A DNA stretch of 64,000 bases from Gammaproteobacteria bacterium. Lineage in GTDB: Bacteria > Pseudomonadota > Gammaproteobacteria > GCA-001735895. Location: the NCBI GenBank assembly GCA_050298595.1, contig JBNKUM010000009.1, positions 1-64,000 on the forward strand. The letters are read 5' to 3'. The stretch's first letter is position 1. Each line of letters opens with the position of its first letter. The position numbers and the translations under genes were made by a program. Under the pieces are notes generated by a model that worked only from the letters and a program-made list of their open reading frames with translations, searched no databases and was not told where the DNA came from. Shown here in pieces: positions 1 to 8,941 of this stretch.

Positions 1-140
1 CCCTTCGGGCGAGACGGGAAACAGCCATCTGCTGCGTTGTCATCCTTGAAAAGGGCATGCCATTCCCTGCGGATGACGCCTTGCATATGACTATTTCCCG
101 TCTCGCTATAATCTACATACAGTTTAGGACAGTACACTAG
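1..140. repeat. Long-hairpin MITE/REP-like element, right end (truncated by window start)
   Basis: Perfect IR GCGAGACGGGAAA (9-21)/TTTCCCGTCTCGC (94-106), inner GTCATCC (39-45)/GGATGAC (71-77); ends ...GTACACTAG at 140, abutting the IS1182 fragment. Confidence 0.6.
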
Positions 141-450
141 ACACATCCTATCTGTTGCCACCCTCATTGCAAGACTGGCTACCGGAGAAACATCTGGCGC
201 GGTTTGTTGTGGATCTGGTCGATCAGTTTCATTTAAGCAATCTGGTAAAGCGTTATGGAGGTGGCGGAAAATAGCCCTATCATCCAGCTCTGTTATTAGT
301 GTTATTATTTTTACGGCTATGCCACTGGTGTTTTCTCCAGTCGTTAACTGGGGCAAGCAAACTATGATTCAGTGGCGTTTCGTTTTATCACCGGTGATAC
401 CCATCCCGATCACGATACCATCGCCGTTTTCCTCAAACGATTTTTTACCG
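140..450 (+). pseudogene. IS1182-family transposase N-terminal fragment
   Basis: Manual translation DTSYLLPPSLQDWLPEKHLARFVVDLVD..GGGK*PYHPALLL..(fs)YGYATGVFSSR*..YDSVAFRFITGDTHPDHDTIA; stops and a frameshift. Confidence 0.85.
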
Positions 451-464
451 GAACAGACTCCTAG

Positions 465-758
<294 letters not shown>

Positions 759-1149
759 TCATGTAAATCCATGTGGACGCCAAAAGTACGGAAAAATTAG
801 AATAACTGGCCCTAATAAAGGGGACTTAGAGAAATTTGTGGGGCGTTCATATATGTCCTAAAAAGATTTACTTGATGTTCTTAGGATGAAGTTTTGTAGT
901 GTCGGATAACCTTACACTTTTTCGAATCCTTCATCTTAAAATGTGTCAATATATTTAACATGCCTTCTAAGTCCATATAAACGGGTCAGTGTAAGTTATT
1001 GGTTTTTATAAAAATCAAAAAATATTGCCCAAATATTGCATATCTTTTGTAGGGGTATTTTTTGGATTAATAAGCCTCAAACCTGCCTTTAGAGATGACC
1101 CCTTGCAGTTTGTCTTTGCTGTTGTAATACATACTAAGAGGAAAATAAT

Positions 1150-1615
1150 TAGGTAATAGAAAGTTGTTCGTATCATCTTACAAGTGCAAAAAAGGAGATA
1201 AAGATGGAAGGCTAGGTTACAGCGTGCATCTAGATGGCAGCGATTTAAGTGGGTAAAACGAAAGTGATTGGCAGAAGAGTTGGGTTGTTGTCGAAACTGA
1301 TACTGAAGTCGGAGATCCTTTCTTCGTAGATACAAGTGAGCTGACTCTACCTGTTTATACGGCAATGCATGGTATGGGGCAGTAGAGCTCGGAGCTAGTG
1401 TCCACCTCTTTATCGTCCTTCCTAGAAGCGCTTGCCTATCTAAATAGTATTAGTAAATAGGATTTCTCACGAATAGACCCTGATGAAAACACAATCACAG
1501 ATTCTAAGGAACTCGCTATCATTGGAAAAAAGTTGCAGAAGATTACTGACGAAAAATAATATTGGCAAAACTTCTTGAGCAGCACCAAGAATGGATTAAG
1601 GAGTTCGGCAGTTAA
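1150..1615 (+). pseudogene. SMI1/KNR4-like (YokJ-type) immunity protein pseudogene, integron cassette
   Basis: GRLGYSVHLDGSDLSG*NESDWQKSWVVVETDTEVGDPFFVDTSELTLPVYTAMHGMGQ*..; several in-frame stops; ends in TAA of the attC R'' box; 5' boundary approximate. Confidence 0.65.
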
Positions 1616-1707
1616 CAAGTCAAATCACGCGGACATAGTAAGGCTGTCACCTTTTTTGTTTCAAAAAATACGCCATCTTCACCATGCTGGTGTTTGAGGC
1701 GTTAGGG
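1610..1707 (+). mobile_element. Integron attC site 1
   Basis: R'' AGTTAAC (1610-1616), L'' TCAAA(T)CAC pairing with L' GTGTTTGA with one extrahelical base, R' GTTAGGG (1701-1707). Confidence 0.8.
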
Positions 1708-1735
1708 AAAAACAAAACGAGAGGAGAATAACATC

Positions 1736-3127
1736 ATGAAATATCATAAGAAATTGTTGCTTTCAGTCATCGCAGCTACCTTTTTAGCTGGCAATAGCGC
1801 AATGGCTGTCCCAATGACAACATTTCAGGGGACATCCAGCGGCGTTTTTACAAATCCCTCTGGCGGAGTCAACACAGGAGTGGGCACTAATTTTTTTACT
1901 TGGGGCGTAGGGTCTCCCGATGTTAGTAGCCTCAGGTTCACTGGTAAGAACTTCAGCGTTAATACACCCACAGGCTATATTCTTGGAAGTTCTGCGCAGA
2001 GTAACCGACCGGTATTCTCTCTTGGTACACTCGATTATCACAATGGCACTATACAAACCGGCACAGGAGCTAATAGTGTCCGGTTAGACACAACTGTCCA
2101 ACTTTCAGCACCAGTGCAGGCAGGTCCTACAGCTATTCCAGCTCAGCTAAATCTCATCAATTCACCGAATACTAGTGATCCAGTGGCTAGCGCAGATTCT
2201 GTATTCTTGCCAGGTTCTCTTCCACCGGTGACATTAACAACAGCAGGGGGGGCGCCAATTACGGTAGAACCATCCGGTTTCGGAAATGCAACTTCTGGCG
2301 GTTTTACTCAGGTTAGTCAGTTCTTCGTTTTTGAGGGAGCATCGGCGTCAGCCGACCTTTTTGCTCAGATTGCGTCACCTTGCGAACCAATTGTGCGTAA
2401 TGCGGTGACTACTTCTGTTGCCGGAGGCACAGGAATGCAAGCCTCCTTCACGCCTAACTTTAACCTTTCAATTAACGATGCTGCTAGTTTGTGCGGATAT
2501 GACCACTTTAACTGGTATCAAGTAGTCACCAATGATCCTTATCCACCAGATGCTAAGAGCAATCCTGGCGTTCCTTTAACGGTGCCTTATGTAGATCCGC
2601 CAATTGGGGGATATGGGTATCAGGCAGCTGGAGATGACTCGTTACCGTTCTATTGGGGAGAAAATTGGCCAACTGCGGCAGAACTCCCGGCACATACGAC
2701 AAATACGACCCTTTCTTTTATCGATTATCCTGCCGAATCAAGGTTACAACCTGGAGAGTATATCGGATTCACCACTACTCTTGCCGGCATCTTACCTGAC
2801 AACAGTTGGGACGCACTGTTTTCTTGGAACTGGATAACTGACTTCAACGGGACTGTAGGAGGTGTGAGTATTCGGGGCAATCCAATACCCCCTGATCTTG
2901 GAAGTGGTACTGGTGGTGTTACTATTTTAGATACAGATTTGAGCGCCGGTGATATTCCACAAAATATGAGAGATTTAATGGAAAGGGATGGCGCCCGAAA
3001 TGTTGAGCCGTTCTCTGTACCTGAGCCTACGAGTTTAGCCCTGTTGCTTTGTGGTCTTGTTATTTTAGCCATGGCTAAATGTTCTTTTCGTATTGATGCA
3101 AACCTAGATCTCAAATTATGCGCTTAA
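1736..3127 (+). CDS. PEP-CTERM exosortase-sorted surface protein with choice-of-anchor K-like N-terminal domain
   Basis: Signal peptide; FSLGTLDYHNGTI and INSPNTSDPVASADSV motifs; C-terminal VPEPTSLALLLCGLVILA; RBS AGGAGA. Confidence 0.85.
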   Translation: MKYHKKLLLSVIAATFLAGNSAMAVPMTTFQGTSSGVFTNPSGGVNTGVGTNFFTWGVGSPDVSSLRFTGKNFSVNTPTGYILGSSAQSNRPVFSLGTLDYHNGTIQTGTGANSVRLDTTVQLSAPVQAGPTAIPAQLNLINSPNTSDPVASADSVFLPGSLPPVTLTTAGGAPITVEPSGFGNATSGGFTQVSQFFVFEGASASADLFAQIASPCEPIVRNAVTTSVAGGTGMQASFTPNFNLSINDAASLCGYDHFNWYQVVTNDPYPPDAKSNPGVPLTVPYVDPPIGGYGYQAAGDDSLPFYWGENWPTAAELPAHTTNTTLSFIDYPAESRLQPGEYIGFTTTLAGILPDNSWDALFSWNWITDFNGTVGGVSIRGNPIPPDLGSGTGGVTILDTDLSAGDIPQNMRDLMERDGARNVEPFSVPEPTSLALLLCGLVILAMAKCSFRIDANLDLKLCA

Positions 3128-3729
3128 GAAATATTGGTAAATTTGCAGCCATAGCTGTCTCCTCAATGGCTATGGCTGTATCTTCAATTGTTTGTGGAGC
3201 CTCGCAGAACGGTGAGTTCTCATTAAAAGGATTAGGTTATAACAGCTGCAAAGAATTCAACAGCGCACGTGACCTGCGATCAAACGACTATTATCAGTTT
3301 ATCGGGTGGCTTGAAGGTTATCTATCAGCTTATAACCGGTTCACTCCAGATACTATTAATATTGCTCCATGGCAAAGTACCGAGTTGCTAGCAAACCTCC
3401 TTGAAATACATTGCATGGAAAATCCTAATACGCCTTATTCGGTTGCTATAGACAGAATGATAGCTGAGTTAGTACCGAGCCGTCTTCACAAATCAAACGA
3501 GTTTCTTACGGTAGAGAGTTCTGGGCACAAGGTATTAATCTACCGGGACATTCTCAAGGCCATTCAAAACGTATTGAAAGAACGTGGGTTCTACGACGGA
3601 AAAATTGATGGCTTATATAGTGAGCGAACAAAAAGCGCAGTAGAGAGTTACCAAGAATCTGCCAAAATCAAAAAAACAGGAGTTCCCGATCAAGTCACAC
3701 TTTATTATCTACTCATGAAAAAGCAATAG
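3118..3729 (+). CDS. Secreted protein with C-terminal peptidoglycan-binding domain
   Basis: Signal peptide; IQNVLKERGFYDGKIDGLYSERTKSAVESYQ..TGVPD (PG_binding_1-like); overlaps upstream stop. Confidence 0.8.
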   Translation: MRLRNIGKFAAIAVSSMAMAVSSIVCGASQNGEFSLKGLGYNSCKEFNSARDLRSNDYYQFIGWLEGYLSAYNRFTPDTINIAPWQSTELLANLLEIHCMENPNTPYSVAIDRMIAELVPSRLHKSNEFLTVESSGHKVLIYRDILKAIQNVLKERGFYDGKIDGLYSERTKSAVESYQESAKIKKTGVPDQVTLYYLLMKKQ

Positions 3730-3759
3730 TCCATCACTGCATGGAATAGGAGAAGCAGA

Positions 3760-4239
3760 ATGAAGTGCTCGGCATTGATTATCCTAGTTATCATGACATT
3801 CAATATCAGTTCTGATATGGCAGAGACGCGATTTTCCGTTAGTGTTGATCTTTATAGTAAATCAATCGCCCTTTCAGATCTTCCTACGATCACGCATGGG
3901 GGTAACCGCGGCTATTGGTTAACTATACAAGCGTCCGTGACCAATAGAACTGCGAAAGAAACTACAATCATGGTCGATGATGATTGTACATATGCATCAT
4001 GGAAAATAACTGGAAATCCATTTGAAGTGTTAGTGGATAGTTGCAGGAAAAATGTTTATGAACAAATATCGCTAGGTCCTGGAGAAACCTATGAATCAGT
4101 GCTAAAGATTTGGTTTCCAGAAGATCTTTACGTGAACGAAATGAGCTTTAAGGTTGGGTTTATAGAGATTGTAGATTACAAAAAAGTTTCAGGTCCTTAT
4201 TGGAGCGATATTGTTTCAGTGGAGATTGAAGATAAGTAA
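3760..4239 (+). CDS. Hypothetical secreted protein (beta-rich), last gene of cassette
   Basis: RBS AGGAG, hydrophobic N-terminus, stop 2 nt before attC R''. Confidence 0.7.
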   Translation: MKCSALIILVIMTFNISSDMAETRFSVSVDLYSKSIALSDLPTITHGGNRGYWLTIQASVTNRTAKETTIMVDDDCTYASWKITGNPFEVLVDSCRKNVYEQISLGPGETYESVLKIWFPEDLYVNEMSFKVGFIEIVDYKKVSGPYWSDIVSVEIEDK

Positions 4240-4241
4240 TG

Positions 4242-4323
4242 CCCTAACAAAACGCTACACTTGACTGCCAAAAGCGCCGCTCCTATCGTCGCTCTGCTTT
4301 TGGCGCCAAGTGAGCGTTGGCAT
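4242..4323 (+). mobile_element. Integron attC site 2, interrupted at R'
   Basis: R'' CCCTAAC, AACGCT(A)CACTTG/CAAGTGAGCGTT pairing, GCCAAAAGC/GCTTTTGGC inner stem; R' replaced by intron start. Confidence 0.8.
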
Positions 4324-4582
4324 GTGTGCCGGGCATGGCACTTAACTAGAGAGGTAAAAGTCCTCTTACCAGGTATACGCAGAGCCAAAGGTTAGTCGAA
4401 GGGCAAGGGCGTCATCGTGAGGTGGGGTCTGAAGGACAGGTTTATGCTCCTGCAAAACCTGCATTTCCACCATCCATGGTGATCAAGCCCAAGACAAAAT
4501 CGCGGGGCGATGAACAAGAACCCAATATGAGGTGTGACGTATTCGGGGCCAGCGGGCACGTGACTGCTAAGCCCTTGGCTTT
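4324..4582 (+). mobile_element. Group IIC intron 5' (domain I) fragment, no RT
   Basis: Starts GTGTGCCGGGCATGG; GGTAAAAGTCC, GCAAGGGCGTC..GGGGTCTGAAGGA[49-bp insert]AGCCC..GAACAAGAAC..ATATGAGG follow the class C (O. iheyensis-like) domain I pattern. Confidence 0.75.
4436..4484. repeat. 49-bp REP-like double-hairpin insert inside the intron
   Basis: CAGGTTT..AAACCTG and CACCAT-CC-ATGGTG palindromes; removing it restores intron GAAGGAAGCCC. Confidence 0.6.
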
Positions 4583-4610
4583 GGCCTCCTGCGTCGCCCT
4601 ACCTTCTGCA

Positions 4611-5136
4611 TATATGGAACCACTCCGGCTTGCAAGACATAAATACCTGATGTGAGAGAAAATCATTGCTCTCATATATCCGGCCTATTATTGGAAGTCT
4701 ACGTCTTCCTGGCCCCGATGGTTATCTGCGTTCATTCTCCTCATCATCCTTCCGGCCTTTACTAGCCAATGCATGAACCAGGTTTTGAATGAACCGGTCT
4801 GACCTATCTCACCATCCGATCTCTGTCTTTTGCAACTGTCGTTAAGGGTCTTACTTTTTTGAAGTCCGCTAAGCTAGCTCTCTTCAGTTTTTTTAATCTC
4901 TATACCGGCATCTGGTAGGTTTCACCTTTGGCCATAATCACCCAGGCCATTCGTGCCATTTTGTTAGCAACGGCAACACAGGCTTTGTTATGCCCTCATC
5001 GTTCTAATACTGACTGAGCCCATCGACTAAAGCGATCCGTCTTACCACTCGAGTGACGCAATACAGCTCTAGCACCGTGGATATACAAGGTTCTGAGATA
5101 GGCGTTGCCCCGTTTGCTGATGCCAAATAAGGTGTC
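4611..5136 (-). mobile_element. IS110-family (IS1111 subgroup) right end: transposase C-terminal fragment (4900-5136) plus 3' non-coding region
   Basis: Minus translation LFGISKRGNAYLRTLYIHGARAVL..R*GHNKACVAVANKMARMAWVIMAKGETY; ~290-nt downstream NCR ending ..GGAGTGGTTCCATATA. Confidence 0.8.
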
Positions 5137-5137
5137 A

Positions 5138-5603
5138 GGTAGTCGCTACGACCAATAGGTCAATAAAAAATATGGGCGAATAGATACGCTATGGGAAGGC
5201 AGGCATCGTATGAGTTTAGTGCAAACAGATAAATATTTTCTTATCTGTTGTCGATATATTGAAATAAACCCGGTTAGAGAAGATTTGGTTAAGTTGCCAG
5301 AAGAGTATCAATGGTCGATCTATTACAGCAATGCCTGAAGCGATAACAGTTGGACAACCCGGCATACTGAGTACAAAAGACCTTGAGGAACACGAGACAA
5401 ACAGCGCCTGAGATATCGTGAATTATTTAAGAGCTATATTGACGTGAGAGATATACACTTTATACGTATATCAACACACTACTGCTAACCGGTAGGGGAT
5501 GATCGATTTCAACAAGAGATTGAAATGAAATGTAATATCAAGTTAGGTCAGGCTAGACGAAGCTGGCCAAAGAGGCTTGAGGATGGATTGGATAAATTTT
5601 TAA
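5138..5603 (+). pseudogene. REP-associated tyrosine transposase (RAYT, Y1/IS200-like) C-terminal remnant
   Basis: VNKKYGRIDTLWEGRHRMSLVQTDKYFLICCRYIEINPVREDLVKLPEEYQWS..YRELF..PVGDDRFQQEIE with several stops. Confidence 0.8.
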
Positions 5604-5652
5604 TCCCTCCTCCCCCTTTAACTCTAATTTCTTTTCGAAGAGGAGTTTATTC

Positions 5653-6030
5653 ATGAATCCAAAAGACATCGTGGCGCAGTTCATCGCCGATATTCAGAAC
5701 CAGCGTACTGACGAGGCAAGGGCCTTGCTGGTTTCTGAGGGCTTTGAATATGTAGGACCGAATATGCGTTTCCTTACTCCTGATGACATGATGACCTACC
5801 AATTCGGTATGTTTGCCATCCAGAAAGACCTGATCCTGCGCCAGCTCAGTGCCGATGGGGGTCACGTGTTCGCAATCCTGGATTACCGGACCAACTTTGA
5901 AATGATTGGGGATGTGCGACTTGCAGTCTGGTTCCGTGTCCAGGGCGACAAAATCAAGACGGTTGAAGCCTTCTATAATGCGGCAGTGGTTGAAAACATG
6001 CTTGGGGGCATCCTCCCTTCAGTCAGCTAA
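5653..6030 (+). CDS. SnoaL/NTF2-like protein
   Basis: Size and pattern IVAQFI..ARALL..F.Y.GP..FRVQGDKIKTVEAFY; RBS GAGGAG. Confidence 0.75.
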   Translation: MNPKDIVAQFIADIQNQRTDEARALLVSEGFEYVGPNMRFLTPDDMMTYQFGMFAIQKDLILRQLSADGGHVFAILDYRTNFEMIGDVRLAVWFRVQGDKIKTVEAFYNAAVVENMLGGILPSVS

Positions 6031-6219
6031 AATAATGGTACAGCAGCCAATGGTTTACAATAACTAAACCGCGAACTAATGGGGTCAAATACAAATTGCG
6101 TAACTTATGGGATCACAAATTATCTCTTGCAGTGAAAACTCCCATAACAAACCACTCAATCTTACACAACACTAAGTTTTCATGTTGTCAATTTATTTCA
6201 ACCATGTATCACAAATAAA

Positions 6220-6708
6220 ATGGAAGTAGAAACCCTAAAATATTCAGAGCAGTTTTTAAAGCAGGCTGTGCGTGCATATTGGAGAAAGAATATAGGTCCA
6301 ATATTTCCAGTAGTATCGCTGCTACTTGCTGCTTATGTTATCTATCGTGTGCTGGAAGGTGACCGTTCATGGTTTGTCGGTGTTATCGGAGCAATTGTTG
6401 TGATTGGAGTTGTCACAATGCTGGCCTCATATTTTGTTCATCTGAGGCGTACACTTGGCCGTTTTAAAAGAATGAAAATACCAGAAGCGACATTGGAGCT
6501 GGCTGAGGAAAGATTTAAGGTTGTGTCAGATGTCGGATCATCAGAATTGCAATGGTCATTAATAAAGAAAATCTGGTGCTTTGAGCAGGCATGGCTATTC
6601 CAGTTTTCAGGAAACGAATTTATGACGATTCCGATTGATGGGTTGTCGGAAAAATCTAAGAGATTTATTGTCGAGAGAGCAAGGGCTCATGGTGCAAAAA
6701 TCGTATAA
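6220..6708 (+). CDS. YcxB-family membrane protein
   Basis: Two TM helices then SSELQWSLIKKI..WLFQ..FMTIP. Confidence 0.7.
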   Translation: MEVETLKYSEQFLKQAVRAYWRKNIGPIFPVVSLLLAAYVIYRVLEGDRSWFVGVIGAIVVIGVVTMLASYFVHLRRTLGRFKRMKIPEATLELAEERFKVVSDVGSSELQWSLIKKIWCFEQAWLFQFSGNEFMTIPIDGLSEKSKRFIVERARAHGAKIV

Positions 6709-6857
6709 GCCAGGCTCTACTGTATGTTTGCTTGCGCACGCTCCCTTTGGATACCGGTAAGGGTAGTTATCTTGTCGGTATTGATATGAAAGCTGATGAG
6801 GTGCAATGAAACTGGAAAAAATTCGCCTCCCAGGCTAACTCAAATGAGCAGGAAAGC

Positions 6858-6938
6858 TTCTGTATGATTCTTGTCGGTGATCATTTTAAGGATATCAACG
6901 ATCAATACGGACACGATATGGGTTATGCCCAGGATTAA
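6858..6938 (+). pseudogene. GGDEF-domain fragment
   Basis: FCMILVGDHFKDINDQYGHDMG then stop. Confidence 0.6.
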
Positions 6939-7236
6939 TGCGCACCATGTTAGAGGTGGCATTTTTCAGGTCAGTCACCCGAAGCAAAAACACGCACGGC
7001 GGCTCGGAGCCTTTAGCCATGAAATTCTCTAAGACACTCATTAATCATTTAAAGGTGCGACATTTTGTCACACCCTTGAAATCTCTTCCCAATAGTAGAA
7101 TCACAGGTCATTTTGAATTTTAAAGATGGCTAATTGAGAGCATCGATCTGGATATCCTCTAAATTCACATGAAATGTTTATAGATAAGCTCTTACCCCAA
7201 TCAGGGTTAGGGCAATTTAAAAAAGTGAGAAGTGAT

Positions 7237-7497
7237 ATGAAAACAGCAAAGAAATTATCGGGCGTAGCATTAGCTGCTACAGCAGCAACTTTATTATCCG
7301 TAGCACCATTAAACGCATCAGCAGCCGGCCACGACAAAGCTGGTAGCAAGTGTATAGGTGGAAATAGCTGCAAAGGGCAAAGCTTTTGCCATACAGCAAC
7401 TTCATCCTGCGGTGGAATGAATTCCTGTAAAGGGCAGGGATGGATTAAGGCTACAAAGGAAGAGTGTGAAGCTAAGGGTGGCAAGATCGAAGAATAA
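7237..7497 (+). CDS. BufA2-like (bufferin-type) Cys-rich periplasmic peptide precursor
   Basis: Signal peptide plus CIGGNSCKGQSFCHTATSSCGGMNSCKGQGW..EECEAKGG (6 Cys, duplicated NSCKGQ). Confidence 0.75.
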   Translation: MKTAKKLSGVALAATAATLLSVAPLNASAAGHDKAGSKCIGGNSCKGQSFCHTATSSCGGMNSCKGQGWIKATKEECEAKGGKIEE

Positions 7498-7526
7498 TCC
7501 CGTTCTGGAATTGTTGTAAAAAACAA

Positions 7527-7556
7527 AAAGGCCTCGACGTCACCGCCGAGGCCTTT
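7527..7556. terminator. Bidirectional intrinsic terminator
   Basis: AAAGGCCTCG..CGAGGCCTTT stem between convergent genes, A-run on left. Confidence 0.7.
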
Positions 7557-7604
7557 ATGTTTCTGAGGGTCTGTTATCAGGCTCTATCTAAAAAACGAAT
7601 CAGC

Positions 7605-8444
7605 TTATTCGTTAATCAGTAACTGTAAGCCTGCTGCTGTATTAGAGATAGGTGCTATCAGGTTACGATAACCTTCGGTGACATTACCCAGCAGGCAACC
7701 GCGCATCGCTAGCCACATATTCAACTCGACGCCCTGAGCTCCGGCAAGTTCTACAATATCTTCGATGCTGTATTTGGTCAGTGCTTCTGGATCAGATACC
7801 ATTTTATCCAGACACATTTCATCAAATTCAGTATTGATCAAACCGGCACGTTCGCCATCCAGCTGATGAGAAAGACCACCGGTACCCATCACGACTACTT
7901 TCTGATCACCACCAAATGATTCAACCGCACGTCCAATCGCCTGACCAAATGCATAGCTACGTGAGAGCTTGGGCATCGGGTGACGTTCACAGTTTATACA
8001 AACAGGGATAACCTTTACCTTGGAATAACTTTGATTTGGGTACATCAGAGTCAGGGGGACGGTTAAGCCATGGTCTACCTTGATTTCCTGACACACGGTT
8101 GGGTCGAAGTCGTTCTCAACCAGCTCATTTACGATATGCCAGGATAATTCGGTTTCGCCCTGAATGGGTGGAATGGGCTTAATACCCCAGCCTTCATCGG
8201 CATTTTCATACTCTGCAGCTGTACCAACAGCAAAGGTTGGTTTCTTGTCGAGGAACATTTCCAGGCCATGGTCATTGTAGAAAATAATCACTATGTCCGG
8301 GTTTACTTCATCAAACCACTTTCTCATGGGGACGTAGCCCTGAAAAAAATCACGCCAGTAAGGGGTGTCTTCCAGGCCTTTGTCCATGGCTACGCCAATA
8401 GCTGGAATATGTGATGAACCGATACCGCCTACGATCTTAGCCAT
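7605..8444 (-). CDS. ligB: Class III extradiol (protocatechuate/gallate 4,5-) dioxygenase beta subunit
   Basis: SSHIPAIG, FYNDHG, VDHG, GTGGLSHQLDGERAG, GAQGVELNMW motifs. Confidence 0.92.
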   Translation of the reverse strand: MAKIVGGIGSSHIPAIGVAMDKGLEDTPYWRDFFQGYVPMRKWFDEVNPDIVIIFYNDHGLEMFLDKKPTFAVGTAAEYENADEGWGIKPIPPIQGETELSWHIVNELVENDFDPTVCQEIKVDHGLTVPLTLMYPNQSYSKVKVIPVCINCERHPMPKLSRSYAFGQAIGRAVESFGGDQKVVVMGTGGLSHQLDGERAGLINTEFDEMCLDKMVSDPEALTKYSIEDIVELAGAQGVELNMWLAMRGCLLGNVTEGYRNLIAPISNTAAGLQLLINE

Positions 8445-8802
8445 TGTTTTTTCCTACCCCCTGGCTCTCCAGGTATGCTTTAAATTCTTCTGTTGTTTGT
8501 CCGGTTTGTAATCCGCCAAAGTCCTGTACGTTAAGTCCCAGAATCGGTCCGATTTTAGCGAGGTAATAAATACTGCCGCCTTCGCGAATCAGGCCCAGCA
8601 CGTCACGGTCACGGACGCATTGCTTTTGAGCTTCATTAAGCTTGAATTTTTCCATGTAGGCTTCTTCATCTGCTACAAAAGCATCACGTCCCTGTTGGGA
8701 ATTGAAGGAGTGGAACATTTTATTTACGGGGTAGCCTTTGGTGGACATAGGTCCATCGAAGAAGGTGGTACCCGGAATGTCGCGCATTTGTTTTACTGGC
8801 AT
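8437..8802 (-). CDS. ligA: 4,5-dioxygenase alpha subunit
   Basis: IPGTT..KGYPVNKM..FVADEEAY..GGSIYYLAKI; overlaps ligB start. Confidence 0.92.
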   Translation of the reverse strand: MPVKQMRDIPGTTFFDGPMSTKGYPVNKMFHSFNSQQGRDAFVADEEAYMEKFKLNEAQKQCVRDRDVLGLIREGGSIYYLAKIGPILGLNVQDFGGLQTGQTTEEFKAYLESQGVGKNNG

Positions 8803-8883
8803 AATGGCTCCGTTGAGTTGTGGGAGATTTGAATTCCCTGATGAATGGCATGGATTATACGATTATAGAAAACGGGAGTAATA

Positions 8884-8940
8884 TGCATAAATTGAATATT
8901 ATCTTGTATATACGTGATATTCATGATGCTAGTTTATGCA
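8884..8940. promoter_or_regulatory. Nested inverted repeat between folD and ligA (operator or RNA hairpin)
   Basis: TGCATAAA (8884)/TTTATGCA (8933) and TGAATAT (8893)/ATATTCA (8917). Confidence 0.4.
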
Positions 8941-8941
8941 A

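Noticed and set aside
760-1100. Possible intI 5' remnant/attI upstream of the first cassette
   Set aside because: Only a vague KSPLL similarity on the minus strand; no tyrosine-recombinase motifs or clear attI
1015-1618. Minus-strand ORFs 1015-1365 and 1436-1618
   Set aside because: Antisense shadows of the plus-strand SMI1/KNR4 pseudogene
4197-4675. Short ORFs 4197-4388, 4422-4655, 4442-4675
   Set aside because: Overlap attC, intron RNA and IS end; no protein features
6140-6760. Degenerate attC sites around the YcxB gene (CCATAAC at ~6142, CGTATAA at gene end)
   Set aside because: No convincing L boxes or R' GTT; cassette origin plausible but unsupported
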